Shown here piece by piece: positions 12,669 through 25,263 of a DNA stretch of 64,000 bases. Position 1 is the first letter of the stretch; each line of letters opens with the position of its first letter. The notes beneath the pieces were generated by a model, which was not told the origin of the DNA, made no database searches, and saw nothing but the letters and a program-made list of their open reading frames with translations. This DNA is from Eledone cirrhosa (Eukaryota), in assembly GCA_964016885.1 (NCBI GenBank), contig OZ024741.1, forward strand, positions 333,064,001 through 333,128,000, in the 5' to 3' direction. The translations under genes were made by a program, and so were the position numbers.

Positions 12669-15600
12669 CATCATCATCATCATCATCACCGTTTTACGTC
12701 CGTTCTTCCACGCTAGCATGGGTTAGACGGGTTGTCCTGTTGTGGGCAGTGTCTGGTCAGCTGACCGTGCCTTGCTCATACAGGAACTGATCTGGCTTGA
12801 TTTCTACAGCTGGATGCCCTTCCTAACACCAACCTCATTTACAGTGAGTGCTGGGTGCTTTTTCGTGGTGCCTACACGTCCACTTTACAGTGTGGGCTGG
12901 GTGCTTTTTTGCCGTGGCACCTCCACGACCACCTTGCGGTGGGGGGAGTGGGGGCATATTGTTTATATGCTTCAGCATGTACCCATGGGAGGTCGGGTAC
13001 CCTGTATTACTGCGTGACGCCAGAAGTCACGGTCGTGTGTCATTGACTTTGAGAGGTGTAGTTGGGTAAGGTCGGCTTTTATCACCTCATCCCAAGTCAT
13101 CTTGGGTCTCCCCACTCCGCGGTTTCCATCAACTTCTAGTGCTCTGCACCTTTTTATGCAGCTGTCATCCTTCATACGCATCACATGTCCATACCAGCGT
13201 AACCGCCTCTCCTGCACGCAGCATTTGATTCCTCTTATGCTCAGTCTCTCTCTCAATTCCTTTATGCTTTGTCGTTCACGTATATTACTGTTACACATCC
13301 ATCGGAGCATGCAGGCTTCGTTTCTCTCTAATCTACGTAAGTCTTCTACCTTCAGCGCCCAGATCTCACTACCATGCAACATCGCTGTTCGGATACACGC
13401 ATCATACAGTCTGCCTTTCATTCTGAGGGAGAAGCCTTTTGCAGCTAGCAGTGGTAGTAGTTCCCTAAACTTCTTCCATCCCGTTCTTACCCTAGTTATT
13501 GTACTTTCTGAGCACCCACCTCCGTTGCTAATTCGGTCACCTAGGTAGCAGAAGCTGTCTACTGTTTCTACAGGGCCCTCCCAGAGATTGGTGGTACTTG
13601 TTTCCTGTGGCTGTTTGCTTGCTGTTTCAGCACAGCTGCTGCATGTGAATCCTACATTCTTAATTAAGCTTCCTGAGATCCCGCTACATCTCTTGTGTAC
13701 CCATTGTTTGCATTTGGGGCAGAGAATGGAGTTCCTACCTACACCTTTCCTACATACTGAGCAAGGCCATTTCCCTGAGGGGATCTGGGTTCTGTTTTCT
13801 CGTCTACTTATAAGGACCTTAGTCTTTGTCATGTTGACTTTGAGGCCCTTTCTCTCTAGTCCCTGCTTCCAGGTTTGGAATTTATTCTCTAGTTCTACCA
13901 TAGATTCACCTATGAGTGCGAGGTCATCAGCATACAGGAGTTCCCATGGGCATCCGGTCTTAAACTCCTCCGTTATTGCCTGCAGGACTATGATGAACAG
14001 GAGAGGGCTAAGAACAGAGCCCTGATGGACCCCAACCTGTACGCTAAATTCCTCGCTATACTCATTGCTAATCCTAACTTTGCTGACTGCTCCCCTATAC
14101 ATGGCTTGTACCGCTTTCACAAGCCATTCATCTACTCCTAGTTTTCTAAGAGCCCACCAGATTACTGCACGTGGAACTCTGTCAAAGGCTTTCTCAAGGT
14201 CGACAAATGCCAAGTAGAGTGGCTTACTTTTAGCTAGGTACTTTTCCTGTAATTGCCTCACAAGGAAGAGGGCATCAGTGGTGCCTTTCCCTGGTACAAA
14301 CCCAAATTGCATCTCGTCTATATTCACCCGGTCCCTAATCAGCTGTGCTATAACTCTTTCTGTTACTTTCATGACCTGGTCCATCAACTTTATACCTCTA
14401 TAGTTTCCTCTATCTAGTGCATCGCCTTTACCTTTGTAGCAGTTGACAATGATGCTACTGCACCAATCTTTTGGTATGGCCCCCTCTAGTATTACCTGGT
14501 TAACGATACGTGTGGTTATAGTGTGACCTACAGACCCAGATGCCTTCAGCATCTCGGCAGCTATACCCGATGGACCGGTTGCCTTCCCTATCTTCATATC
14601 TCTGATTGCCTTACTTACTACGCTGCCGCTGACTTTTACTGCTGGTCCCTCTATAGGGTCTACGTGGGGTAGGGTCTCTTCTTCCCATGCATTCTCCTCA
14701 TTTAGTAATCTATCATAATGACTCTTCCATGCATCTTTCTTCTCAGCACTTGTGAGGGCAAGCTCACCTTTATAATTCCGGATACACTTCTCTCCAATGA
14801 CATCACAACTATCTCTGACACACTGCCTCGCAATCTTGAATACCTCCTGTTTCTGGTCCTCACGTTGTAAAACATGCTTGAATTTTCTATCCTCTGCTTC
14901 CCTCCTAGCTAAGTATACTTGTTGCCTAGCTTCCCTCTTGGTCTCTATGTAATGTACCCTGCTCCCCCCGTTCTTCCATTCTTTCCATGCCTGTCTCTTG
15001 GCCTTGACTGCTTCATCTACCTTATTGTTCCACCACCAAGTCACTCTCCTCCTGCTTGAGGTCTTACTCCAGCCACAAACCTCATCCGTCGCCTCTAGTA
15101 AATTATTTTTTAGGAACTCCCAGTTCTCTTCTACATTGAATGTCTCTATCTGTTCTTCTTTACTGTCGTAGGCGTTGAGTAAAATATCTTTAAATCTGTT
15201 ACTGGTTGAGGGGACTTTCAGCTTCCAGATCTTTCTTCTCCAGGTTGGCCTCTGTTTCAGGGCTCGTCTAGTTCTGACCGTGAGGTCGCTGACAACTAAG
15301 ATATGTTGGGATGTACATTCCTCACTAGGGAAGGCTTTTGTGTTTACGACCGTCCATCTGTCACGTCCTCTGATGAGGATAAAATCTAACTGACTAGAGT
15401 GCTCCCCTGATCTATAGGTGATCAGGTGGTTGTCGGGTTTTTTAAAGTTTGTGTTACATATCGACATGTCATTGGCGTCGCAGAATTCTAGAAGTCTGAA
15501 TCCTTACTCATTCCTTGTGCCAACTCCATGGCCTCCATGTACTCTATTGAAGCCGTCGCAGTGTTTACCTACGTGTCCGTTAAAATCTCCTGCAATGATT

Positions 15601-16380
15601 AGGAAGTCCTTGTCGTCTGTTAGAGCAGTAGTATGTATTAGGGACTCGTAAAACCTATCCTTAAGTTCGTCTGGCAGCCCCGATTGGGGTGCGTAAGCTG
15701 ATATTATTGTGGTAATTGTCTTATTCAGGACTAGTCTGAGTTTAATGATTCTTGCATTTACCCTGTACACTGAGATTACTTTATCTACCCACTTGTCAGC
15801 TAATAGTATACCTACACCACCCATCCCATCGTCATTTCCCACCCAGAAAAATTTGTAGCACTCGCTTTTTCCTACAAGGACTCTAGCAGACCCTCCTCTC
15901 CATCTAGTCTCTTGCACACAGCATACATCAACTTCCTTTCGCTCTAGCATTTCTACGATTTCTCCTGCTCTTCCTTTCATTGAGCCTACATTGATGGTAC
16001 CAACTCGGAGTTTTGGGCATTTGTCGACACTCGTAGGGGAGGGTCTCTGGGTTGGCGCTTCACGTGAGTGCTTGGTAGCTCGCAGATTCATATTTCATCT
16101 ATTGATTCAGAGTTGCTCAAATGTATTCTCAGCTCATCCATCCATAACGGTGGGAAAATTGAGGGCTAGAAGAACAGTGGTGGTGGGGTAATGGCAGGGT
16201 GTGTTGGGATGCGCCAGAGGAGGAGAGAGTTAGTTAGGCAGGTAGTAGCAGCAGCAGTGGAAATGGCATGCTAGGTTTGATTGGTCGAATAGACTATGGT
16301 GGTGGGTGGGGGTGGGGACTTGTGAGGTAGGAAGTGAGGGTCGCATGGTAAATAACTGAGAGAGATACAATAGAATTATA
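12669..16380 (-). mobile_element. Near full-length RTE-clade LINE, family A
   Basis: About 290 bp putative 5'UTR (boundary approximate), single EN-RT ORF, 3'UTR and (GAT)n tail; flanked by (TA)n. Confidence 0.95.
12972..16091 (-). pseudogene. RTE polyprotein (APE endonuclease - RT with PHD-like insert), 1039 codons with one premature stop
   Basis: ORFs 15504-16091 and 12972-15467 are in frame. TAA at 15504-15506 corresponds to GAA in the sister copy (near 8109-8111). Confidence 0.93.
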
Positions 16381-16399
16381 TTAGATAGAGATACAAATA

Positions 16400-16423
16400 A
16401 ATATATATATATGTATATATATA

Positions 16424-16502
<79 letters not shown>

Positions 16503-16601
16503 GTATATATATGTATATATGTATATATATATATGTATATATATATGTATATATGTATATATATATATATGTATATATATGTATATATATATGTATATAT
16601 G

Positions 16602-16651
<50 letters not shown>

Positions 16652-16743
16652 ACATAATAATCATGACAATCCTCACTTCCATCCTAAGGCATAAGGCCAG
16701 CAATAATCACATACATAATATATATATATACATATAAATATAC

Positions 16744-16774
<31 letters not shown>

Positions 16775-16822
16775 CATATGTATATATATGTGTATACATA
16801 TATATATATATATGTATACACA
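16400..16822. repeat. (TA)n/(TATG)n microsatellite
   Basis: Seen directly; interrupted by a short non-TA segment at about 16650-16715. Confidence 0.9.
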
Positions 16823-16823
16823 T

Positions 16824-17010
16824 AGAAGGAAAGAACAATAGAGAAAGACCACGAAAAACATGGGTGGAGGTGGTGAGAGCAGACCCAAGATTGCTGAAGC
16901 TCACAGAGGAGATGACGAAGGACCGTGACAAGTGCAGAGATGCTGTGCCGAATAGGACCCGTCCCACCTTTGCAAGCAGGGAAAAGTGGACGTAAAATGA
17001 TGATGATGAT
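16824..17010 (+). mobile_element. 3' end of a third RTE family (family C)
   Basis: Translates as [25 protein letters not shown], then a short UTR CCCGTCCCACC..GGACGTAAAA(TGA)n. Confidence 0.8.
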
Positions 17011-17021
17011 AACAAATGTAT

Positions 17022-17065
<44 letters not shown>

Positions 17066-17491
17066 GTATATATATACATATATAAATTTATATATATACA
17101 CATATATAAATCTATATATATGTGTGTACATGTGTATGTTTATATATAATGGATAAATGGTAGACCATGGCAATATAGTTTGCAACAGGAAAACACACAA
17201 ACCTTTCACACTATGAAGACAATTTCCAACCCACATTATAATAACCAAACTAACTTTCTTCTCTTTTTTCAACTCCTGTGATAGATTATATGTGGCAGAA
17301 ATGTTTCAACTATTTCTAAATATTTGTTGATGGATACAAGATATGCTTAAACACACATATACACACACACACACGAGTTGAACACACATACACACAGACA
17401 CATGGGTTGGACAGATTATTACAGATATAGTACTGACATGCTTTATGGTCTGTAACACTGTGTCCAATGTATGCCAGCATAGAAAATAATG

Positions 17492-17527
<36 letters not shown>

Positions 17528-17698
17528 ATTTAACCCATGCTAGCGTGGAAGATGGACGTTAAACGATGATGATGATGATGATGTATATATACATAGGTAT
17601 ATGTATATATATATGTGAGTATATATATATATATATATATATATATAATCATGAAGTACAAGTCAACAGGTTATAATTCACCTTGTTTATTCATAATC

Positions 17699-17757
17699 GC
17701 TGTTATATTTGTTTCAGTGATAACCGTTATGCAATAGTTATGACCTCATCAGACAGC
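17699..17757 (-). ncRNA. Type I hammerhead ribozyme motif
   Basis: gctgt-CTGATGA-ggtcataact..ggttatcact-GAAA-caaata-TA-acagc. Perfect stem I, long stem II, minimal stem III; AATAAA just downstream. Confidence 0.75.
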
Positions 17758-18278
17758 TAGATGTTGAACAGAAAAAAAACAGAAAACATAAAGAAGAAAT
17801 AAAGATTACTTCTGTTGTTTCGATTTATTCATATGCCCTGGGCTGATATTTGGTGTTGCTTTTTCAAAGCACTAGTGACATAATGTTTATAGAAGATGCA
17901 ATATGTGCAGGTGCAGCAAATACTTAGAAATAGCTTATAAAATACCCTTAGAGACAGAAAAAAAATTTGACAGCAACTGCTAGAAGAGATCAAATCTCAT
18001 ATCTCTCATATATTGGCTGAGTGACCTAGCCACTGAGCTAAGGGACCTCTGACAACATCTTACCATCTAAATGAAGGAGCTGGAACAAACAGCTTTTTGA
18101 AAATGTCAACAAACATCGTATGTGAAGCTCAAACTTTTGAATTTATTTTATAATCTACTTTATAGTATTTTCCATATTTAAGCATAATTCATCGTCTATA
18201 AACGCTATTCTTTCAGCACTTTTTATGTGTGAAAGTTATATTGAGCAGCACAGAAACATAACATTATTATGATGAGTC

Positions 18279-18692
18279 GGCAGTATCGGTAGAGGGTCGG
18301 ACAACAGGCTTGCAGCACAGAGTTACGCCCCTTTCTGATCTGAGTTCAAATCCTGCCAAGGTTAACTTTGCCTTTCATCCTTACAGGGTCAATAAAATAA
18401 AGTACCAGTAATACACTGAGATAATTACTGGCCTTGTGCCAAAAGTAGAAACAATTATTATGATGAGTCACAGGGTGGTGGAGTGGCAGTATTAGTAAAG
18501 CATTAGATAGCATGCTTTGTGGCATGTAGTTATGTCCCTTTACATTCTGAGTTCAAATCCCGCTGAGGTTAGCTTTGCTATTCATCCTAATCTGATTGAT
18601 AAAATAAAGTACCAGTAATGCACTGGTGTCAATTTAATCGACTTTTCTCCTCCCTCAAATTGTTGGCTTTGTGCCTAAATTAGAAACCATAT
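18279..18692 (+). mobile_element. Two tandem type 1 SINEs
   Basis: B-box and conserved body occur twice; the first copy is flanked by an ATTATTATGATGAGTC duplication. Confidence 0.85.
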
Positions 18693-20380
18693 TGAATATC
18701 ACAGATGGTGAGATGAGTGGTCTTGTATTGGTATTAGATCTTGACTTGCATAATCCTTTGGGTTTCTGGCTCAAAATCTGTGTATTTATGGTATCTTGGC
18801 TTGATTAGTATAGCCAGTCCTAACACCATCTGCAGCCATCTGTGAGAATATATTTCAATATAAAACTTAATATCTATTATTTCCACATAATAGATTTGAT
18901 TTAAGCAATTTATTTGAAAATAAAAGGAAAATAAATAATTGATTAATTATAGAGAACTAAAATAAGATTGCAAAAGCAGAAATTACTCAGTTCCTGATAA
19001 GCTTAGCAGCATTGCAATTTGCTGTTTGTATCAACAATTTGATAAATTACATCAAAATGTTCTATTGGCTTATATAAAATATTACTTATTCATAAATCAT
19101 AACACACTCTCACCGTTATCATACAATGTTGCTTACATGAATCATGGATGCTGTAAAATGTGCTAGCATTATTTAAAAGTATGTTCTCTCTAAGGCCTTA
19201 CAGTTATTAGTTAGCAGAAATTACACCAGTAAAACCTTCTGCCAACAGCAGTTGGTGAATTGACATGATGGACGATAGCTATAGTTAGTTGTAATTACGG
19301 TGACTGCATAGAATTTTAACAACAGGATTTCCTTTCTTTCCAGGGATATTTTCTAGTTTGTAGAGAGGGGGAAAAATCCAAAACAAACTGAAATCCCAAT
19401 TAGTTGACTGCTGTCAGGAAAAATTTAGCTGAAAAATTGATCACAATCTTCACAAATTGTTTCTGTAAAAGCTCACTGGTAAATCCAGCTTTATTCTTTG
19501 AAAGCAAATCAGTTGTTGTTTGAACAATTCCACCTATCTTACTCCATTCATTACAGCTAGTTACTATTGCGATGCTTTTGCAGGAAGTCCTCTGCCAACA
19601 GCTAATTCAATTAATAAAGCAATGCCAGGGTTGAACAGGTTGGCTGGCTGCCCATTGTTGCAGATTTGACGTTGGCAAATTGTCTTTTCTGTCACATTTT
19701 ATTGAGAGAAAGAGAAAAACATATCATGTTTTGTAATTCCTCGTTAGTAAAACAGAACATGATAAAATCAAAGTAGAGCAGTCATCTAAATATTATGGAA
19801 TAATTCAGCTGGGAGCTTATTGGAGATTTCCTTGATAAGCTGGGTCACAGGTGTCATGACCTGTGGTTCTAGAACTTAACAACAGAAACAGATTTCATAA
19901 TTATGTTCAGCATATATTCTCTTAGATAGCTTTAAGGTTTGCTTTAACAGAAACAAAAGTAAGATAAACTTCCAAAATATACATACATTTAATGTCTATA
20001 TAATAATGGAGGAATACATTCTTGAATACACACACAGATATGTTGTGAGATTTGAAAGAAAGTTTTCTCCTGCCATTTTGAGTTAAGTCATTTTGGAAAT
20101 ATAGATATTTGTTGGAATTGTTTGGAACAAATAACTTTCAAGAGGAAATCTTTCTGAGTTTCAATGACTACATTGGGAGAAAGAATGCAAACTCATTTTA
20201 ATACACATATAACTTCCAACGCACACACACATACAGGGCTGGCCATCGAAGAAACAATACCACACGTTTGGCAGGCCCCATGTATCAAGAAAAGAAAATA
20301 TTTTTCGAGGAAGTTATTGGATTTTTTTTTTTCAAATTTAAAAGATTTTTTTTTTAACTTTTAATTTTTTTTAGGTTTTG

Positions 20381-20438
20381 TCATCTGAAGAGCTCAGGCT
20401 ATCAATACTGAAAGTCCTCAGTGAAATATGTTTAATGG
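20381..20438 (+). ncRNA. Type I hammerhead ribozyme motif
   Basis: tcat-CTGAAGA-gctcagg..cctcagt-GAAA-tatgtt-TA-atgg, then AATAAA; stem III is weak. Confidence 0.6.
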
Positions 20439-20512
20439 AGTTTTAAATAAACCTAAATCAACTGATTATGGCCTCTGATCTTTTAATGACTATATATATA
20501 TATATATATATT

Positions 20513-20706
20513 TAATAATTGTTTCTACTATTTGCACAAGGCCAGCAATTACCCAGTACATTACTGGTACTTTATTTTATCGACCCCGTAAGGATGAAAG
20601 GCAAAGTTAACCTTAGCGGGATTTGAACTCAGAATGGCAAGGGCCGTAACTCTATGCGTCAAAGCATGGCGTCCGACCCTCTACAGATACTGCTAATTCA
20701 CCGCCC
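20513..20706 (-). mobile_element. Type 1 SINE
   Basis: Reverse complement of the 2056-2240 family. Confidence 0.85.
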
Positions 20707-21698
20707 TATTATATATATATTTAATAATAATGAATATCAAAACTCAACTTCAGTATTGAGTACTCTTTTCTTTCAGCTGTCAACCACATACAAATACACA
20801 CACACACAGACACACACACACATATATATATGTGTGTGATTCCCAGGTTCAATCAGGGGTAACCACAGTAAGTAAGGTACTCGATATTTCCTTCGGATGA
20901 AACAGTTCTAGTCCTGTAGAAGCCATTTCTATATTAAATTTTGTTATATATATATATATATATATGATGATGATGATATATAATGCTAGCATAGAAAAAT
21001 GGATGTAATCCAACCAAATTCTAGCAGGGGTCTCGGTTTTCCTAGATTCCTCAAATATATATTTTTAATCAATTAGTAAATCACTGGATTCTTCTCTCTG
21101 AGACAAAGGTTGAATCTTCCTTCTTTTCTTCCTGGAGTCTACTTTCAGCCATTCCTACCTGCTTCTTTGAAGATTCTTCTAACAAAATGGAGGAACAAAT
21201 AAATATAGAAAATAAAAAAAAAAGAAATGTTCGCTCTCACTCCCCCCCAACTTCTCACATACTCACACAGACACTCTATTACCCCCACTCTCACACACAC
21301 ACTTTCACTCCCACCTCCACACACACTCTCTTACTCCCACATTCTCACACACACATACACAAGTACAAGCACACATCATTTACACACAGATTCACACATT
21401 CTCTTATATACTCACACACACAAGTCTAGGTAAACGGTGACACAAACACTGACACACATTGTGACACAGGCACACATACACTACCACACATCCTCTCATA
21501 CACACACACACTGACATGCACACACGCATCCAATGACAGAACATCTTGTCACAGTGTTTCCTGTCATCACCAGTCATGAGGACAATAATCAATATATAGA
21601 GACTGCTGTCACTAATGTATTATTGTGTGTATGTGTGTATATATATATATATATCATCATCATAACGGTGATGATGATGATGATGATGATATATATAC

Positions 21699-21741
<43 letters not shown>

Positions 21742-21745
<4 letters not shown>

Positions 21746-22123
21746 TTAGTGGTTAGTGCATTGGGCTTGCAATCGAAAGGTTGTGAGTTCAATTCTCGGA
21801 ACGGGTGATGTGTTGTTTCCTTGAGCAAGACACTTTATTTCACATTGCTCCAGTTTACTCAGCTGTAGAAATAAGATAATAGGACTGGGGTCCCTATTAT
21901 TCCACTGCAAAGTGGTCATGGAGGTGCCATGGGAAAAAAGCACCCAGCACTCACTGTAAATGAGGTTGGTGTTAGGAAGGGCATCCAGCTGTAGAAATCA
22001 AGCCAAAATCAGTTCCCATATGAGCAAGACAAGGTCAGCTGACCGGACATTGCCCATAACAGGACAACCCTCTAACCCATGCTAGCGTGGAAGAACGGAC
22101 GTAAAACGGTGATGATGATGATG

Positions 22124-22125
<2 letters not shown>
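21742..22125 (+). mobile_element. tRNA-derived SINE (type 2) with RTE family A 3' tail
   Basis: A-box TGGCTTAGTGG, B-box GAGTTCAATTC, central block TCCTTGAGCAAGACACTTT; the 3' ~200 bp match the RTE-A 3'UTR (12669-12930, reverse). Confidence 0.9.
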
Positions 22126-22158
<33 letters not shown>

Positions 22159-22545
22159 CAAAATGTTATGAAACGAAAGGAGCTGTGTAGTTACTAAAAA
22201 CAAGGTTTAGGCTGGTGGTTAGGGCGGAACAGGAGGAGAAAGGAAGAAAGGAGTTTCCATCGTCAGCTGTAAATGTTTCCCGGACCGATGTTTCGGCGCT
22301 GAATTACAGGACATCTGTGTAGTTCGGGTGCGCCCGAGGCCTTTTATTAATCAAAAGGCCAGGTCGAAAAGGAGAGAGAAAGAGAGAAAAAAGAGGGAGA
22401 AAAGGTAAGAGAGGGGAAAGGGGAAATAACAGGGGGGAAAAAGATGAGGAGAAAAGAAGAAGGGGAAAAAATAGGAATGGAGTAAAAGAAAAAAAGTGTA
22501 CAGGTCCCATCGTGAGAAGACAGGTGAAAGAAACATGCAAAAAAA

Positions 22546-22588
<43 letters not shown>

Positions 22589-22745
22589 CACACACCACAC
22601 ACATATACACGTATATCAGGCTTACAATTTCATAATAATAATCTGTACACTTTACTTTCTTTAGATATTGACTATTAAATTGAATACTAGTCTTGCTCAT
22701 CTTAACTCTTAACGTCCATCTATCTATTTATCTGGGTCTGTCTCT

Positions 22746-23392
22746 GTGTTGAACAAAAAGGCGACGATGGTTGCCAAACACTGTACGGCGTAATTCGGGC
22801 TGTTTGTTTACAAACAGCCCGAGCATTATAATAAATGTTCGGTAAACCCATACTTGCATATATATATATATATGTGTGTACATGTATGTATATATACATA
22901 CTACTGTACGTCTGTATACATATATGTATGTACGTGTACATTCTTACATTTAATTATCAGCCGTACTAAGAGTGAGAAATGAAATTTCGTTTCATCCTTT
23001 TCCATTTATCGTTTTCGGTTCGCCCGGCCGACTAACTCACTCGATATGCAAATTAGGCTGCTCAGCCGTTAATATGCATAAGGAAAGCATACACTTTCAA
23101 ACGTTCAATCATCTGGCAGGAAGGTATACGATGCTGACGATAGCTAATAAACTTGAAACTAGTACATCGTTCCTGTGTCAGTGTTGAACAAAAAGGTGAC
23201 GATGGTTGTCAAACACTGTACGGCGTAATTCGGGCTGTTTGTTTACAAACAGCCCGAGCATTATAATAAATGTTCGGTAAACCCATACGTGCATATATAT
23301 ATATATATATATGTGTGTACATGTATGTATATATATACATACTACTGTACGTCTGTATACATATATGTATGTACGTGTACATACTTACATTT
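22746..23392 (+). repeat. About 1.5 tandem units (period ~435 bp) of the hammerhead-containing repeat
   Basis: GTGTTGAACAAAAAGG at 22746 and 23181; homologous to 52033-53467. Confidence 0.85.
23128..23170 (+). ncRNA. Type I hammerhead ribozyme
   Basis: acgatg-CTGACGA-tagctaataaactt-GAAA-ctag-TA-catcgt; perfect 6-bp stem I, intact core. Confidence 0.85.
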
Positions 23393-23412
23393 ATATATAT
23401 ATATATATATAT

Positions 23413-23975
23413 CAAATTAAAAATACGAGGAAATAATAGACAAAAATATACTTATTTTTTCTTCAAAGTCCTGACTGCGGTTTCGCTGAATCCGTTTGCA
23501 GCAATTTATGCACTATAGAAGTGCATCATCGCTGTGAGGTTCATGAGGCTTATCAAGAAACACCTCAAAAATGACTGTTTCTTGAAACGTTCGTAACATA
23601 TAACAAATTCTCGAGAGGCGGAGGGAGAAATTAACACATGATAAAGTGGTCACAGGAGGGTAGTAAAGGTGGACAGTAAGTGACTACTGAATTTGCTAGA
23701 AAAAGCAGTTAGTACACGCCTGGTTAAATTGACCATAGGGGAGTTGGGACAATATAATAATAATATACACACATATTCTTACGTATATGTGAGTGTGTGC
23801 TGCCCGCCTTAACAAGTTTTGCTCGTTGACCGATAAGCTCTATCAACCTCACAACGATGATGTGCTTTTATAGTGCATACATTGATGCAAACAGATTCAG
23901 CGAAACTGCAGTAGGAATTTTGAAGAAAAATATAAGCATATTTTTGTCTTTTATTTCCTCCTATTTTTATTTTGA
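23413..23975. repeat. Inverted pseudo-LTR-like arms with degenerate hammerhead
   Basis: About 23413-23560 is an imperfect reverse complement of 23830-23975. Right arm: CCGATAA-gct..agc-GAAA-ctgcag-TA. Confidence 0.6.
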
Positions 23976-24327
23976 TAAATAGCTCTGATTATTGAGTCAT
24001 TTTAATTTTTTTGATTATTTTAACTCATCGAGCAAAACTTGTAAAGGCAGACATCACACACATCAGAGTAACAAGATTCATTATATAGCGATAATGAATT
24101 AATATTTAAACTCTACTTTGGTATTGAGTACTCTTTTCTCTCCTCTATTAACTACATACAGATATATATATATATATATATATATATATCATGATCATCA
24201 TCGTTTTTCCATCCCTTTTTCCATACTTACATGGGTTAGACGGGTCCCATATGACAAAGTATGTATGTATATATGTATATATGTATATGTATATATGTGT
24301 ATATATATATGTGTGTGTGTGTGTGCC

Positions 24328-24374
<47 letters not shown>

Positions 24375-24375
<1 letters not shown>

Positions 24376-24685
24376 CCTTTCTCTGTAATGTTATGTTGGT
24401 ACCACAATATCCAGTCCTAAATAAATGAGGTTGTGTAGGTGTCACGATTAAAAAAAAAAACAAAGTCCACGTTGTAATGTGGCCGTGTAGGTAACACCGT
24501 AAAAACCTCCCAGTCCACACTGTAAACGTGGTTGGTGTTAGGAAGGGCATCCAGCCGTAGAAAACCTGCCAGACAGTCCTATACGAGCGAGACGACCAAT
24601 CTTGCCTCAAGTGGGACAATTCCCGTCCTAAACCCATGCTAGCGGGGAAGATGGACGTTAAACGTTGATAAAGATGATGATGATA
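24375..24685 (+). mobile_element. RTE family B 3'UTR fragment
   Basis: Matches 1580-1890. Confidence 0.85.
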
Positions 24686-24770
24686 TATATATATATGTGT
24701 GTGTGTGTATGTGCCTATGTGTGTGTGAGTGCCTATGTATGTATATATATATATATATGTGTGTGTGTGG

Positions 24771-24853
<83 letters not shown>

Positions 24854-25225
24854 CGCATTCATGCATATGTATGTTTCAAAAACTAGTTTCTATCTCCCAA
24901 CACAATACAGAAAATGACTATCTTGGTGACAACACCACGAATTAAATCATAAAAATTACTGAACCATGAAAACTTCGTGGAGGATAAAAACTGAAATGGA
25001 TTAAAGAATTTGTGAAATGAAGAAATATTTTTTGGTGAGGAATTTCTCCATCTAGATTAAATGCTAATGGAATTGGTTGAAAAAAAACTGACTCCATTAG
25101 TATTACTTATAAATGATGAATGGAATCATGGAATCATTCACACGTTGTGTTTCATTAGTGTTAACGAGTTACTATTTGTTTAACTTAAGAAAATCTGGAT
25201 CTTTTACAGTTTATATTTTGTATGT

Positions 25226-25263
<38 letters not shown>

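Noticed and set aside
16092-16380. HDV-like ribozyme in the RTE 5'UTR
   Set aside because: Could not identify the nested double pseudoknot by eye; an Infernal search would be needed.
18800-20200. Repeat-free stretch as a gene or enhancer
   Set aside because: No substantial ORF or convincing splice pattern; function cannot be supported from sequence alone.
21742-21815. Functional tRNA genes at SINE heads
   Set aside because: Only A/B boxes are retained, there is no acceptor stem, and they continue into SINE bodies.
22255-22370. Minus-strand GAAAcatcggTC and CTGACGA pieces
   Set aside because: Could not assemble consistent stems I and II in any topology.
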